A DNA stretch of 63,741 nucleotides, counting the filler, from Globobulimina sp. (taxonomy: Eukaryota), in NCBI GenBank assembly GCA_003354225.1. It is 24 parts of 24 records of this genome, joined end to end, with 100 filler letters (N's around TTAATTAATTAA, not from the genome) between each part and the next. Parts side by side here need not be neighbours in the genome. Positions count along the whole stretch, not along the records: positions 1 to 2,562 come from PIVH01005970.1; positions 2,663 to 5,224 come from PIVH01005971.1; positions 5,325 to 7,886 come from PIVH01005972.1; positions 7,987 to 10,548 come from PIVH01005973.1; positions 10,649 to 13,210 come from PIVH01005974.1; 19 more parts are not named here. The stretch is one strand, 5' to 3'. Positions 1 through 12,375 of the stretch are shown piece after piece. Position 1 is the first letter of the stretch. Each line of letters begins with the position of its first letter. The position numbers were made by a program, and so were the translations under genes. The notes beneath the pieces were generated by a model, which was not told where the DNA came from, made no database searches, and was given only the letters and a program-made list of their open reading frames with translations.

Positions 1-532
1 TTCTCTGCACCCTCCGCACCCGCTGCACTATCTGCACTCTGTGAATTACTATCACCGGAAAGATCCTCTGAATTGCTATTACCACCACTTAAGCTACAGC
101 ATCCAGTGCAGGTCACTGGAGACTCCGACAATGGTACAAATTGTGTGGATTCGCATGTTTTTTGTGTACAACCACCAATGCAGTTAACTGTAAATGTACC
201 GCTGCCCCCTAATATTTTCGTATTACCTTTACACGCATCTTTACCCTCACCACATGTCACAGTGACAGTGGTAGCTCCACTTCCATCAATTAAAGTATTC
301 CCAGAACACGAACCCTCACCAAAACAATTAACTGTGCATGTACCAGATCCGCACGTTAACGTTTGATCTTTACACGAATTTTTTTCTAAACAATCAAATG
401 TTGTTTCTGCACCACTAAATATCATAATTAACATATGCAGTATATACATTATTATTGAAATTTAATTAGAACAAACCACATTGTTGTTACTGCTATAAAT
501 ACTACCATGGCAAATACAGGAACATTTCTCAT
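1..532 (-). CDS. Secreted Cys/Gly-rich repeat protein, 3'-truncated; exon 532-477, intron 476-415, exon 414-1
   Basis: Hand translation MRNVPVFAMVVFIAVTTMC|GAETTFDCLEKNSCKDQTLTCGSGTCTVNCFGEGSCSG...; signal-peptide-like start; 62-nt GT..AG intron restores frame; absent from the ORF track because it runs off the window edge. Confidence 0.75.
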
Positions 533-813
533 TTTTATATGTACTGCCCGATAAAGTATTTTGCTGAGTTAATTCGCGATTTTACGTACTGTTTTGGAGC
601 TAGAGGCTGATGTTTGGAAGAGAATGTTTTTGATGAAAATGAACAATCCGATAGTAAAGTAGAGGAAATTATATTAAAATATCCGCTGTACAGCTGTGCC
701 GAAGTATGTTTAGGTTTAGAGTGATTATATAGAGACCAATTACGTCATAATTGTTAAATGAAATACGTGGCGAATTCGTAGCCAATAATACATCATAAAA
801 CTTAAATTATTAG

Positions 814-2562
814 ATGGAGGTACCAAAAGAGGTGAAATCCAATGACAAAAATGCAGAAATATTTTGTCAACAAGATGTGATTACTTATCTTGAACGCAAA
901 GGATTGTCTGTTGAAACAATCAAAAGATTACAAATTTGCAATAATAGTAATAATAATAATAATTCAAATCGCAAACATTCGAACCGCAAACAAACTGTAA
1001 AACATTACAACCAACAGAAAGAAATAAGACTGCCTCCAGTCAGTACTAACAATGATCACAGTCAACATTCATCACGTTTTTATCAAGAAAAGTACAAAAA
1101 ACAACAAAAAGCCAAACGAATTACAATGATTAAAAATTATTCTGATGCTGAATTACTAAAAATAATAAATAGAAAACGAAACACACGAAATGATACTCGG
1201 AAAAATAAACATTCCAAAACTAAAAAAAATAAACGACGCACCTCATCATTGGGAGTTGGGCACAGATTAAAAAATAAACAAAATGTAAACAAAGTGAACA
1301 CAAATACCAGCAACGACTTCTTAGCGCATTCATTGTCGCATACCGATATAGTCAGAAGTAATTCGCGTAAACTAAAACACAAAAAAAACGCGGAAAAACT
1401 AAAACAACTTCAGAAATATTACTCACTTAAAATCAATAACGATATAAATCTAAGATCCAGAAAGAAGAAAACTGTCCAATACCGAAGCAAATCTCACCGA
1501 GCAGTTCATCATAAATCATAAAATAAAGAAAATAAAAACAATTCCAATGCCAATTCAAATAATGCACATGTTTTAAATTCGACGGAGTTATTAAATGTCA
1601 TGGAACAGCTCCTGGGCAAAGATAAAAGAAATGCGATTGAGGAATATTACAAAAATTTATATTCAATGCAACAAATAAAACATCAAAATGAGTCACTCAA
1701 ATTACCACAGATTGTGAATATATCCAATTCAGAAAAGGATTGCGAATATATACCACATATAGCAAATAATGATAATATACAATCGGAAAAGGAAAATATA
1801 CCAAATATGGAAACTATAATTACAACGCAACCAATCAATAATAATAATAATAATATTAAATCAAACAACTCGTCATCAAACATATTGGCAGCATTAGAAC
1901 CAGAAATAACTAATTTTGGATCATTTGAATTGAATGAATTTGAGATTGAGGATTATTTACAACCAAACACTTATAGCGGCGGTTTAGGAGAAAATACAAT
2001 TATAAATGTGTTTTTATTTACAACCAAACATAATATTAATATTATACCATTAGAGCAAGACAATAATTATCAGGAAATTGAATTAAATCTACCAACTTTT
2101 GATAAAATGATATACTTTGACAGTATATTACATTTGAATGAAATTGAACAAAACGAGAGATATTTTCCATGTATTTCGGCCATAGAAATCATTGAAGTGG
2201 ACCCAAATGATTGGAGTAAAATATTAGAAGATAAACGAAAACCGCCAACCACTGCAAATGGCTCCACTGCGGTTTTACCATTATTCGTTCCAAGAGAGCA
2301 ACGATCCATTGCTTATGTTGAAAATGACACAGACACAAAACAGTCATTATTGGCAGAACGGCAAAGTACAAATACTGTTTCTAAAGATGTCCTGCAACGG
2401 TTATCTGCACCAAACGTACACAAAATGAACGAGCCACCATTACACCAACAAACTGTACAACAACAACCGCCATCTTCATGTATACAAAAAGAAAAAGAAA
2501 GAGAAAAAGAAGAAAAACAGACAACAGCAGAAAGTACAGATAACCGTGAAATAGTGATTGAT
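814..2562 (+). CDS. Low-complexity Lys/Asn-rich hypothetical protein interrupted by one in-frame TAA (1519-1521); 3'-truncated
   Basis: ORFs 814-1521 and 1600-2610 share a frame; 1522-1599 is open (NKENKNNSNANSNNAHVLNSTELLNV). Confidence 0.55.
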
Positions 2563-2662
2563 NNNNNNNNNNNNNNNNNNNNNNNNNNNNNNNNNNNNNN
2601 NNNNNNTTAATTAATTAANNNNNNNNNNNNNNNNNNNNNNNNNNNNNNNNNNNNNNNNNNNN
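2563..2662. other. Artificial contig spacer (44N-TTAATTAATTAA-44N), first of 23; others start at 5225, 7887, 10549, 13211, 15872, 18533, 21194, 23855, 26515, 29175, 31835, 34495, 37155, 39815, 42475, 45134, 47793, 50452, 53111, 55769, 58427, 61085
   Basis: Identical 100-nt linkers with stops in all six frames; contig lengths fall monotonically from 2562 to 2557. Confidence 0.99.
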
Positions 2663-2693
2663 ATAAATCAATATTTATAATTATACAGATTCG

Positions 2694-3263
2694 TTATTTA
2701 AGCTGTTTACCAACACCGTTATGTATAAATTGCTTTGTTCTGAACCAAATATCAACTTCATTGACACCATCTTGTCCGATAAGAAAAGGTACAAATGAAT
2801 TTTTAAATATTTCCTTCCATCCTCTTTTACCATGTATATAGGTCGGATTTGTTGCATATCTCAATTGTTCATATTCAATCTGATCATCACCACTGCCATT
2901 CACATTATTATCATTCTCAATATGTTGAATTATCTCTTTTACATTCATACCCTTCTGGTTTTGATTAAATTTATATGTATTAATTATAACTGGTTCAGGC
3001 CATCCATCATATCTCCATAATATACGCACATTTGATCCCAATTTTAATGGAATATTCGCGATATTCATACCGGTCATAGTCATACTCTGTGCAAATGAAT
3101 GCGGTGAGGCTTTAATCCCATTCTTCCCCGGCGATTCCACGCACAATCCGGTATAATCAATATTTTCGTCCAATGTATCTGATCCCCGACGTCTTTTCTT
3201 ACGCGCACGCTCTCGCAGTATCTGACGTCCTTCGTTACGAGCATAAAACAGGTCTGATGATTC
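2694..3263 (-). CDS. Hypothetical protein exon (NHQTCFYARNEGRQILRERARKKRRR...WRYDGWPEP...); may be the last exon of the adjacent membrane gene or a separate gene
   Basis: Open frame begins after a TTACAG acceptor near 3264; splice phase to the upstream donor not resolved. Confidence 0.45.
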   Translation of the reverse strand, partial: ESSDLFYARNEGRQILRERARKKRRRGSDTLDENIDYTGLCVESPGKNGIKASPHSFAQSMTMTGMNIANIPLKLGSNVRILWRYDGWPEPVIINTYKFNQNQKGMNVKEIIQHIENDNNVNGSGDDQIEYEQLRYATNPTYIHGKRGWKEIFKNSFVPFLIGQDGVNEVDIWFRTKQFIHNGVGKQLK

Positions 3264-3277
3264 TGTAAGTAATTAAA

Positions 3278-5224
3278 TTAAAAACGAGCATAAACATAGA
3301 CAAAAACAGGTGACACAGTACCTGCAGTCGGACTGTATATATCTTTTTGATTGTAATCATCGTCAGATTCAACTAACGCTATATTAGTGGCCGTACCATC
3401 CACAGTAAACGCTGCTGTCTCTATTTCCAATGGATTTGATGATGTATTGCTTTTATTTGTTTTCATGTTTGGATTGGCTGTACAGTCAGATATTGATTTC
3501 ACTTTATTTATATTCAATGCTATGTTATATAACTCAATAAATTGTGTTTTTTGATGAAATATATTGTCATTATCATTAATAGGATAGGTATTATGGAAAA
3601 TAATTTTAATATGAATATCAATGCCGTAATGGATCCGAAATACTTCAGTAATATGGTCCATGTTTTGTGCATATAAATTGTGTACATATTTTTTAGCAAT
3701 TTGTTTATTTAATTTTTTATCATTTGGCACATCATTCAATAATGAATCAATGGAAAAGGTGTCATTGTCATTTAAATGTTTTAATTCTTCTTCTTTTAAG
3801 TGTCTTGGTCCTAAATCGTTGCCATCCACTCTCGACACAAAATGTGTAATGCATCCATACGTTGTTAATGCCGTGTATCCAATCTCTATGTTATGTGCAT
3901 TGGCATTGCCAAATACTGTTTTTATATTCTTTAATAACTCTGATTTCTTACCTTTTTTGCACATAATTTTATGCTGATATTGCGCTATAAAATGATGATT
4001 TTTTTTATCAAATTCACGTTTGGAGACCGCATCCATTTGAATATAATATTCCACAGTTTGATAAAATAATATTTTTTGTTTTTCTAAAATATAAAAAAAC
4101 GTAAATACTGTTAAAGTACAAAGAGAAGTAATAATTGCAATGGCAGCACAAAGTGTAATTTGTTTAATTGTGACACAGTATAAACATTGAAATGCAATTT
4201 GTGGCAAATTATGGAAAATTGTATGCGACGAAATAAAATAAAACGAATACGGACCAGCTAATAATTGATTTAAATCATAATTTGTTAATCCATTATTTAA
4301 CACATTAAATGAGAATAACTGCGATGATAAAAGTAATAATGAACACCATGAAGAACCAGTTAATATCGTGACGAATATAAACAAAATATATCCACTTTCA
4401 AAGTAATATTTACAGGCAATATTGCTTCCAATTATTGATTTAATTTGCTTGCATAAAATTATATTAATAAAATATGGCAATATGACAAATGTCAGCACTC
4501 CGACACCTGCCACTATTATAAATATATTCTGTTGAAATGATGATTTCGTAAATATCTCAACACAAAGACAAATATCACTGTATAAATTTATTAGCTGTAA
4601 ACCAATTATTATCGGTGCATAAAAACGCGAATTATCAAAAAAAGATTTCGGATAAAAATTATATAAATAACTCACAAATGCAGCAAATAATGATATTAAA
4701 ATTATAAAAAATGTAAACAAGAAAAAGATTATTTTATAGTTGCTGTGTCTTGCTTTTGTATTTATCATTGTTTCGGAGGATATGTTGCTGGCTATTTTTG
4801 TATATTGTTTTAATGATATTTGCCGAGAAAAAACAGCGGATTTGTATACCTTGGCATTGATCGCATGTTGTCTCTGTAACTTGATTGATTGACAGATAAT
4901 AACATTCATTTTCATCCATGATCATACCGGTACTCTTTGTATCAATCACATGTGGCAAATACAACATATTACATGTAATATTACCACATATTCGTGTTAT
5001 TCCACTGCAGGATAACATGTATAAAGATATTTGTTTTTCAATCATTGCCGGTGTCATATCGGTGGTGTACATTATATGTGTATTATAATCCATACACTGC
5101 ATTTTATCTATATTTTCAACCAAAACATTGTTACTATACTCATACATTATTAACGAATGTGTTGTTTCTTTAAAAACAGAATAAAAATATAAATCATCAC
5201 AGGCATTCATAGCATAGCATGATA
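3278..5224 (-). CDS. Cys-rich ectodomain + multi-pass XK-related-like membrane protein, 5'-truncated; intron 4849-4792
   Basis: 58-nt GTATAC..AATAG intron joins ORF 4734-5210 to ORF 3278-4915; motifs LQLINLYSD, GLTNYDL, HNLPQIAFQ, NIEIGY shared with the paralog at 7987-10263. Confidence 0.75.
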
Positions 5225-5642
5225 NNNNNNNNNNNNNNNNNNNNNNNNNNNNNNNNNNNNNNNNNNNNTTAATTAATTAANNNNNNNNNNNNNNNNNNNN
5301 NNNNNNNNNNNNNNNNNNNNNNNNCATTGGATAAATTTTACTGTGTTTTGTTTTTGTTTTCATCAAAAACGTTTTACACTTTAAATTCAACTAAACTTGA
5401 AAAATGCATCAGTTTGCCGTCGTTTATAAAACCTCACCGTTTATATACTGTTCGAAAAATGCATCAGTTAGAAGCCAATACCACCAACACAATTATATTA
5501 TATTTATATTAAGTCTGATTCCATATGTCATGCGTTCATTTTCTGAACATAATATAGTTACGGTGTATATGCCAAGAATTTAATTCTATCGATCTGTGAT
5601 GTGATATTTATATATTCTTCGAGTCAGCCGCCTAGCTGAATC

Positions 5643-6494
5643 ATGTCAGCCTTAATTCTGACTGTTTTTTGTTGCATATTATATTTTTTTTTACATTCTG
5701 TAACCAGTAGGAATTGCTCAGAATTGCAAGGAAGAAGTGATGTATCAACATCGTTTGGTAAAATCACTGCAGCAATCTACGTGAATGTGAATTGCAGTGT
5801 AAAAATGGTATTTAAACAGCCAGCGGATAAAGGTTATACAGGATGGGCGTGGGGCGGAGATTATTCATTGAGGGGTAAATCATTAATGAATGGTTATTCA
5901 ATTATGATTGATACAGACGGCACAGCGTTAGAATATGAATTAAAACCAAGTCGTCCGTATTTTATTGAGCAGGACGAACAAAATTTAGATTGTAATGTTG
6001 TGAATGAAAATAATTTGCTAACAATTACTTGTGACCGAGATCTATATACAAATGATTCGTATGATTATTATGAGGGATGGAGCTCATTTGGAACAACGGA
6101 TGTTATGTGGTGTTGGGATAAAAGTGGAGGAGTTTCCCCTTCAAACACTCATTCAAATGAGGGGTTTACTCAAATGCATATGGGAGATGGTCAAAATCCA
6201 TTCATTTATGAAATTATTGGTGTTTCTATTGCTGTTATCTTGATATCAATGTGTTGCTGTTATTTGTTTGGAAAACGATGTGGAGCTCTTGCATGTTTCA
6301 AGAGAAGTATACATAAATACTGCATGGTATATTTTGTGGATGCATATTATGGAATATTTTGTTGTCATTTCTGTAAATTCGATAGGAAGTCATTGATGGA
6401 CGATGGCTATGCAAAAGGAAGTGGTGATGAAGCAAAGCCAGAGAGTTACGATCTTGATATTGCTCAAAATAATGAAACTAGAGATTTGCAATAA
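5643..6494 (+). CDS. DOMON-domain type I membrane protein
   Basis: Signal peptide; GWAWG, LMNG, RDLYTNDSYD and THSNEG motifs resemble DOMON; single TM followed by a Cys-rich juxtamembrane tail. Confidence 0.65.
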   Translation: MSALILTVFCCILYFFLHSVTSRNCSELQGRSDVSTSFGKITAAIYVNVNCSVKMVFKQPADKGYTGWAWGGDYSLRGKSLMNGYSIMIDTDGTALEYELKPSRPYFIEQDEQNLDCNVVNENNLLTITCDRDLYTNDSYDYYEGWSSFGTTDVMWCWDKSGGVSPSNTHSNEGFTQMHMGDGQNPFIYEIIGVSIAVILISMCCCYLFGKRCGALACFKRSIHKYCMVYFVDAYYGIFCCHFCKFDRKSLMDDGYAKGSGDEAKPESYDLDIAQNNETRDLQ

Positions 6495-6795
6495 CATTGC
6501 GTTCATTTTGTGATGGAAAATCGCATCAGAAACTCACTACTATGACAATATGACTAGCTCACTTCAAGAAAACTTTAATATTTAAGATATGTAACAGACT
6601 GTGTTTAGAATTTATGACAAGTCTAAAGATAAGACAGTTTAACAACAGAAAGCAAATAATTTAAGGATGGACAAAACGTCATAAATACAAAACATCAAAA
6701 CACCAAAGTGACCAAACAATAAAGATGACAGAAACAAAAAGTAATAATATTTATTAATAATTTGTAATTGGTTGACGAAAGTAATAATAATTAAA

Positions 6796-7886
6796 TTAAT
6801 TTATAGGAGCTAATGTAGGCGCCAATGTGGGTGCAAATGTAGGGATAAAACCAGAATTCTCACCAATTTCAGTAAAAATGCCTTCAACAAATGTAGTACC
6901 AAATGCAACAATCGGCGCAGTTATCGCAGTCATAATAGCTTTTATTAATGTTTTATTCAAAGTGATAATACCTAACAATGTGGGCGCTGCTTTGACGCGA
7001 ACCATTTCTTCTTTTAAACATTGTAATAAAGCAATTGTTTGTTCATATTGTTTATTTTTATTTTCATCGGTTGCAAAATTGGCACACTCAAATTTGAGAC
7101 TTAATATTCCAGAATCAACCCATGTTTGATGTGTTTCTTGTTCGTTATATGGCTTTAATAAATTATACAAATGCACCAATAATGTAATAATAATCATGAC
7201 AACAAATAAAATCAACATCATTAACACATTACTTTTAAGTACCAAACTTAAGAAAAATACTCTTAAATCACCGTCATATTCGTCTTGGAATACAGCAACG
7301 AGTGACATTATTAACATTCCTAAAACAAATACAATTTCTAATGAGATAATCGGATTTGTCAATTCATAAAAATAGCCAAGTTCCCATTTTTCAATATGTT
7401 TCCTATAAAATGTGTGTAATTATAGATGATAAATTGTGTAATTCATGTAAAGAAACATCAGAACAATACCTTAAGTTCCACCATGCTCTTAAAAATTTAG
7501 GTTCAATGATATGAGATCGAGGATCAATATAATTTTTATATTCATCCATTACGCGATTTACATTTTGCTTATTTTGTATAAAATCCATCGGATTTGAAGG
7601 TATTTTCATTAAAGCATAGCTTTTGCGGAATATCATAGTTAAGCGATACATAGTAACTGCCAAAATAAATAAAAATACTATGGCTATAATGTATGATACG
7701 ATGATTGAAAATAAATGTTGTGGCTCTTTTGTTAGTTTGTTGACATACTGTGTTGAATTCGTACATACTGAGATCAAAACCATTAAAATAAAAAATGCGA
7801 TGCAGATAACAGCCACTCCAAAAACAGTAAAACTTGGATAGCAACATTTTCCTTTACAACACGCAGTTGTACCAGATATTGGTAAA
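6796..7886 (-). CDS. Multi-pass membrane protein with GR/7TMIC-like C-terminus, 5'-truncated; intron 7469-7403
   Basis: 67-nt GTATTG..TATAG intron gives ...WWNLR|KHIEKWELGYFYELTNP; C-terminal PTLLGIITLNKTLIKAIMTAI; ends in APTL repeats. Confidence 0.6.
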
Positions 7887-7986
7887 NNNNNNNNNNNNNN
7901 NNNNNNNNNNNNNNNNNNNNNNNNNNNNNNTTAATTAATTAANNNNNNNNNNNNNNNNNNNNNNNNNNNNNNNNNNNNNNNNNNNN

Positions 7987-10263
7987 ATTTTGAATGGCTA
8001 TGGCATCAATAGTTTAAATACTTTGCCATGTTCAGGAGTATCAGTAAAATGTGATGGATATTCCTGTCAAATGGTTTCTACTTTGAATGTGCCAGATTTT
8101 GTTGTGTCCGATTTAGAAACAGATTGTTATTGGCTCAAAGTACAACATTTCTTAGATTGGCAGTGTGAGGGACAATGTGTTGGATCACCCACAGAAACAC
8201 CGACTAGTAATCCTAGTAAAGCACCATCAGAATATACCTATCCTCCAACGGCTGCCCCAACTGCAGCTCCATCAAATCATCCTACTGAAACACCAACAAA
8301 TGCACCATCTGGCTCACCATCGTTTGCTCCTTCATCGAATCCAACCGTTCCACCAACGCAGGCTCCCACTCGTTACCCCACATTGAATATGCATGAAATG
8401 TATGATTCTGTGATTAAGATTACGTATATTTTGGAGGGATTAACTATTTCCAATATAAATAAAGTTGTGTATAATACAATGGATGTTATCTCAGATATTA
8501 TTGAGTTTATAGAACGCAGTTATTTCATTGCATTAAATGGCTTATTTCAGATTGAATATCGAGATTTTGCAGTTTTAATAAATGACATCAATGGCCATGA
8601 CTTATCCAATATATATTTAAAATTGAATGAACAAATAAGATTAAATGGAATAATTTTAGTGAACAAAGTTGACTCAGATGAAATCATCGAAACTTCAAAA
8701 ACAAATACATTCTCTGACGCTGTTAAACACGAATTAATATTATATTTTTCAGATAACCAAAATGTGATTTTTACAGTTGAAGATTCTGATCATTTGCATA
8801 TTTTAACGGATGAAAAAGAAAGAAATTCGTCATTGGCTGTGATTTATATATCTGCGTTTATTATATTTTGTGGATTTGGCTTTTCCGCGTATATTTTGTA
8901 CGGAAATAAGAAGGCAAACTCAGTTATTGATAATGCAAAATATTTGGCACCGTTATTATTTTCCTTACAAATCTATGATTTGTTATCGGATATTAATTTA
9001 TCCTTTGATATATTGACAAATCCGTTGGCTCATTCTGGTGATTATAAAAGTAATATGATATTTTATTGCGGCATAGCTAGCGTAGTATTTACAGTGATTC
9101 CATATTTTACAAATTTATTATATGCAATTAAAATAAAAACACAACAAGTTATTAGGAATAATAATAGAGCGGATACTTATTTTACTGATCGCGTTGCATT
9201 GTTCATCGGACTCGTTGTGGTGTCTGGCGGTTGCTATCCATCGCTGTTGTTATGTTCGTCGCGAATGTTGAATTTGGACGCATTTACATCTGGTTTGACT
9301 CGCTATGAACTCTCGCAACTCACACAAATCAAAATAAAATCAACCATCACATTAGGTATGTTACAAAATAATTATATAACAATGTGTTACTCACAACATA
9401 CTATAAATATTATTGTAGAGAATGGTCCACAATTAATCATCCAAATTGTTTATGTGCTATTAACTACATCAAGCACCATATCGCCAGCTGTATTTTTAGC
9501 ATTTGTCGGTTCCTCGTTATCCATTTTGATGGCAGTGGCCTCATATTGTGCCAATAAAGAAAGCTCTAAAAATGCAGAATTTGTTTCATATTTTATGCGA
9601 TTTGTGAATAGTGATAATACGGATAAATTGACGGATGAACAAAAGAATCACATTAAACAAAAGAAAGAGAGGAAATCTGCATTACAAAAATTGATTGCTA
9701 CAGCATTTGGAACGTCTCATGAAAACATAGAAATTGGGTTTTCTAAAATTATTAACAACGGCTTGGAAATGCATATTATTCATTTTGTGCCTGGTTCAGA
9801 GAAAGAAAAATTTATTGAACAAATTAATTCTGGATTTATGGGGGTTGGATATCAAAGATTTTTGACAGCAAAACAATATGTGATGGCAAGGTATAACGAG
9901 ATAAATGATGAGATGAATGATGCGGTGAGAGAGCATTTTGAAATTAATCAGCAATCATTTATTGTAGCATTTGATGATGAAAATATTGCAGTTCGTGATA
10001 AGGAACCATTAATACGACGCACTGGATATAATACAAATAAATATCGATCACCAAATCAGGATCAAGGCACGGTTGAAATGATGGAATTGATGTCGAAGGA
10101 TATTAAGGATATTAAGGAGGTAATATATCATCATCGAGTACAAAAAGTCAATGAAAATGATGGTGGTGACCATGATGATGATGATGGGAATGGGCGGGTT
10201 AATCATATTGAGGAATCAGGAGAAAATGATGGAAATGTTACAACTAATTATTTCCAAGAGTAA
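7987..10263 (+). CDS. Cys-rich + PT/PS-repeat stalk + XK-related-like multi-pass membrane protein, 5'-truncated; probable in-frame intron 9356-9418
   Basis: 757-aa ORF with PTxxP stalk and motifs QIYDLLSD, GLTRYEL, ENGPQLIIQ; GTATGT..TGTAG 63-nt segment absent from the paralog. Confidence 0.8.
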   Translation: MLNGYGINSLNTLPCSGVSVKCDGYSCQMVSTLNVPDFVVSDLETDCYWLKVQHFLDWQCEGQCVGSPTETPTSNPSKAPSEYTYPPTAAPTAAPSNHPTETPTNAPSGSPSFAPSSNPTVPPTQAPTRYPTLNMHEMYDSVIKITYILEGLTISNINKVVYNTMDVISDIIEFIERSYFIALNGLFQIEYRDFAVLINDINGHDLSNIYLKLNEQIRLNGIILVNKVDSDEIIETSKTNTFSDAVKHELILYFSDNQNVIFTVEDSDHLHILTDEKERNSSLAVIYISAFIIFCGFGFSAYILYGNKKANSVIDNAKYLAPLLFSLQIYDLLSDINLSFDILTNPLAHSGDYKSNMIFYCGIASVVFTVIPYFTNLLYAIKIKTQQVIRNNNRADTYFTDRVALFIGLVVVSGGCYPSLLLCSSRMLNLDAFTSGLTRYELSQLTQIKIKSTITLGMLQNNYITMCYSQHTINIIVENGPQLIIQIVYVLLTTSSTISPAVFLAFVGSSLSILMAVASYCANKESSKNAEFVSYFMRFVNSDNTDKLTDEQKNHIKQKKERKSALQKLIATAFGTSHENIEIGFSKIINNGLEMHIIHFVPGSEKEKFIEQINSGFMGVGYQRFLTAKQYVMARYNEINDEMNDAVREHFEINQQSFIVAFDDENIAVRDKEPLIRRTGYNTNKYRSPNQDQGTVEMMELMSKDIKDIKEVIYHHRVQKVNENDGGDHDDDDGNGRVNHIEESGENDGNVTTNYFQE

Positions 10264-12375
10264 CAGTTGAAAAATTTCAGTTTTTTTTGTAATTTATACT
10301 TTTTTCTAATTATATGGCAACGTCCGTAAACCCTCGCCGTGTATTCAATTTGTCATAACTTGCAATCGATGCAATGTGAATAAACCATATGAAACAAAAC
10401 AAGTAAACCAAGTTTTGAAAACGGGCACTAAAAATGAACCATGCTGTCAGGAAAAGACGGTCACAATTATTAGTAAATGGATACGTTAGAAAATCATGGT
10501 CTCAATACATCCATAGAGATATTATTAGTGTCATTCGTGCATTCCATTNNNNNNNNNNNNNNNNNNNNNNNNNNNNNNNNNNNNNNNNNNNNTTAATTAA
10601 TTAANNNNNNNNNNNNNNNNNNNNNNNNNNNNNNNNNNNNNNNNNNNNGTCATCGTTGGTTGTTTGTCTATAACTCGACCAATACTACCCAGTATTGTCT
10701 GATTTTTGAGGTTTCCAGTTATGGAGATTTTATTACGGATATTTTCTTTTTGCATGCAACAACATTCATGCAACAACATTTATCAGTGAGATTGATATAA
10801 CACCCGGTACTACATATCGGGTCTAACGACGGCATCCACTTTTTAATATACCTGGCAACACGCATATTTGATGGCAAACCCCACTATAAAACATAGTGGT
10901 CCCCGATCGGCACATGCCTCGATTATGTTTGTTGTCAAACATATTTTATGAGTATTTACTAATTTCTAACACAATTTAATCGCAACACACGTTTCCGTCA
11001 GAAAATATCTAAATAAGGTCGAGAAGAACGGTACTAATTTTAACTTGCCCAATGTTGCCTGGTGTGAGCTGAAAATTAAAACATAAAAATTTGAAATATT
11101 TTTTGGACCGAAAAAATTTAAAAACTATTCTCCAAGTTGACTAAAAACACTATTGAAAGACGTATAGCCTATTATGGATGAAACAAAAACATTTATACTT
11201 ACTTTTCACACTTTAAAAGCTGATGACGAGGGGTATAGAAATTGAAGTGGTGAAGGTTGGAGAGGTGTCGAAGTCTGCCATACGCTGTGCAGGTATAAGA
11301 GAAAGGCATCGGGATACATACTGTAGGGCTGGTTTATTCTGGGGAAGGAGTGAGCACATAAGTTCGGGGAATGGTTTACAGAGAACAATAAAATCAAACA
11401 AACAAAATGACACCATGAATTGTAAATACAGTAGTAGATTAACTATTTAATTGGACTCTTTCCAGAAAATCACGAGAATTAAGCTCTATCTCTTGTGATT
11501 TTGAGGAATGAGCATCAAATATAAATAGTATTATCTGTATTTTGCATATGTAGGCCTTGATCTATTCTAGGAGGGTGAAAGGTTAGTACACTTTGACTCA
11601 TTGTATCTCGCCGGTTTCACAGGCACCATACTTTTGGCACATGTTATAAAAACCCTGGCTACGACCACAAATAGGCATCCGCCAGACAGACATGCAGACC
11701 AAAATTTTATTGTGGAAAAACTAAAATTACCTAGTCTCAACTTTATAATGGCGGTGTTTGCTCCAGATAAACTTTTGTATAGAGATTAGTCGATGTAATG
11801 AAAGAATTTTTTAGAGTTTTAAATTTGACCCATTTTATACCCCTATTATTTCCCAGTTTGAATTAAAACCGGAGTAGCCGGAAAAGGTGGTAACGAGAGA
11901 AGCAAGTTTCAACTTATAACGATCCTGTTTCGAGTAAAAACTATAATAAGAATCGATCGCAAATAATCATACTTTGCGTGTAATCTGTGACTTCACACTG
12001 GAGAGGACTAATCTTATGTTTAATATGCAACGAATTTAACTAAAATATGCTAGTTTCACCTAAGATATAGATATTTCACAATAAAATCTAGTAATTAGAC
12101 CTATAAATAGGGAATCACCATCATTTTATTGTGAAATATCATTATCTGACTAATCTATAGGTTTCACATTTCCCGCGTGTGATTAACAGGTTATATGCAT
12201 TGAATAGATATATAATTACGAAAGTTGCAAAGGTTCCCCTAAATGTACAGTAATAAAACACGATTATGGAATATCTATGAAAATATTACACAGTGACTGG
12301 TGCAAACAGGTATTTTACAGTTATGTTGATAAATAAGGGGATAAGTTGTCCACAAAATAATGCATGAAGAAATCC

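Noticed and set aside
73-366. 97-aa plus-strand ORF
   Set aside because: Antisense shadow of the Cys-rich minus-strand gene
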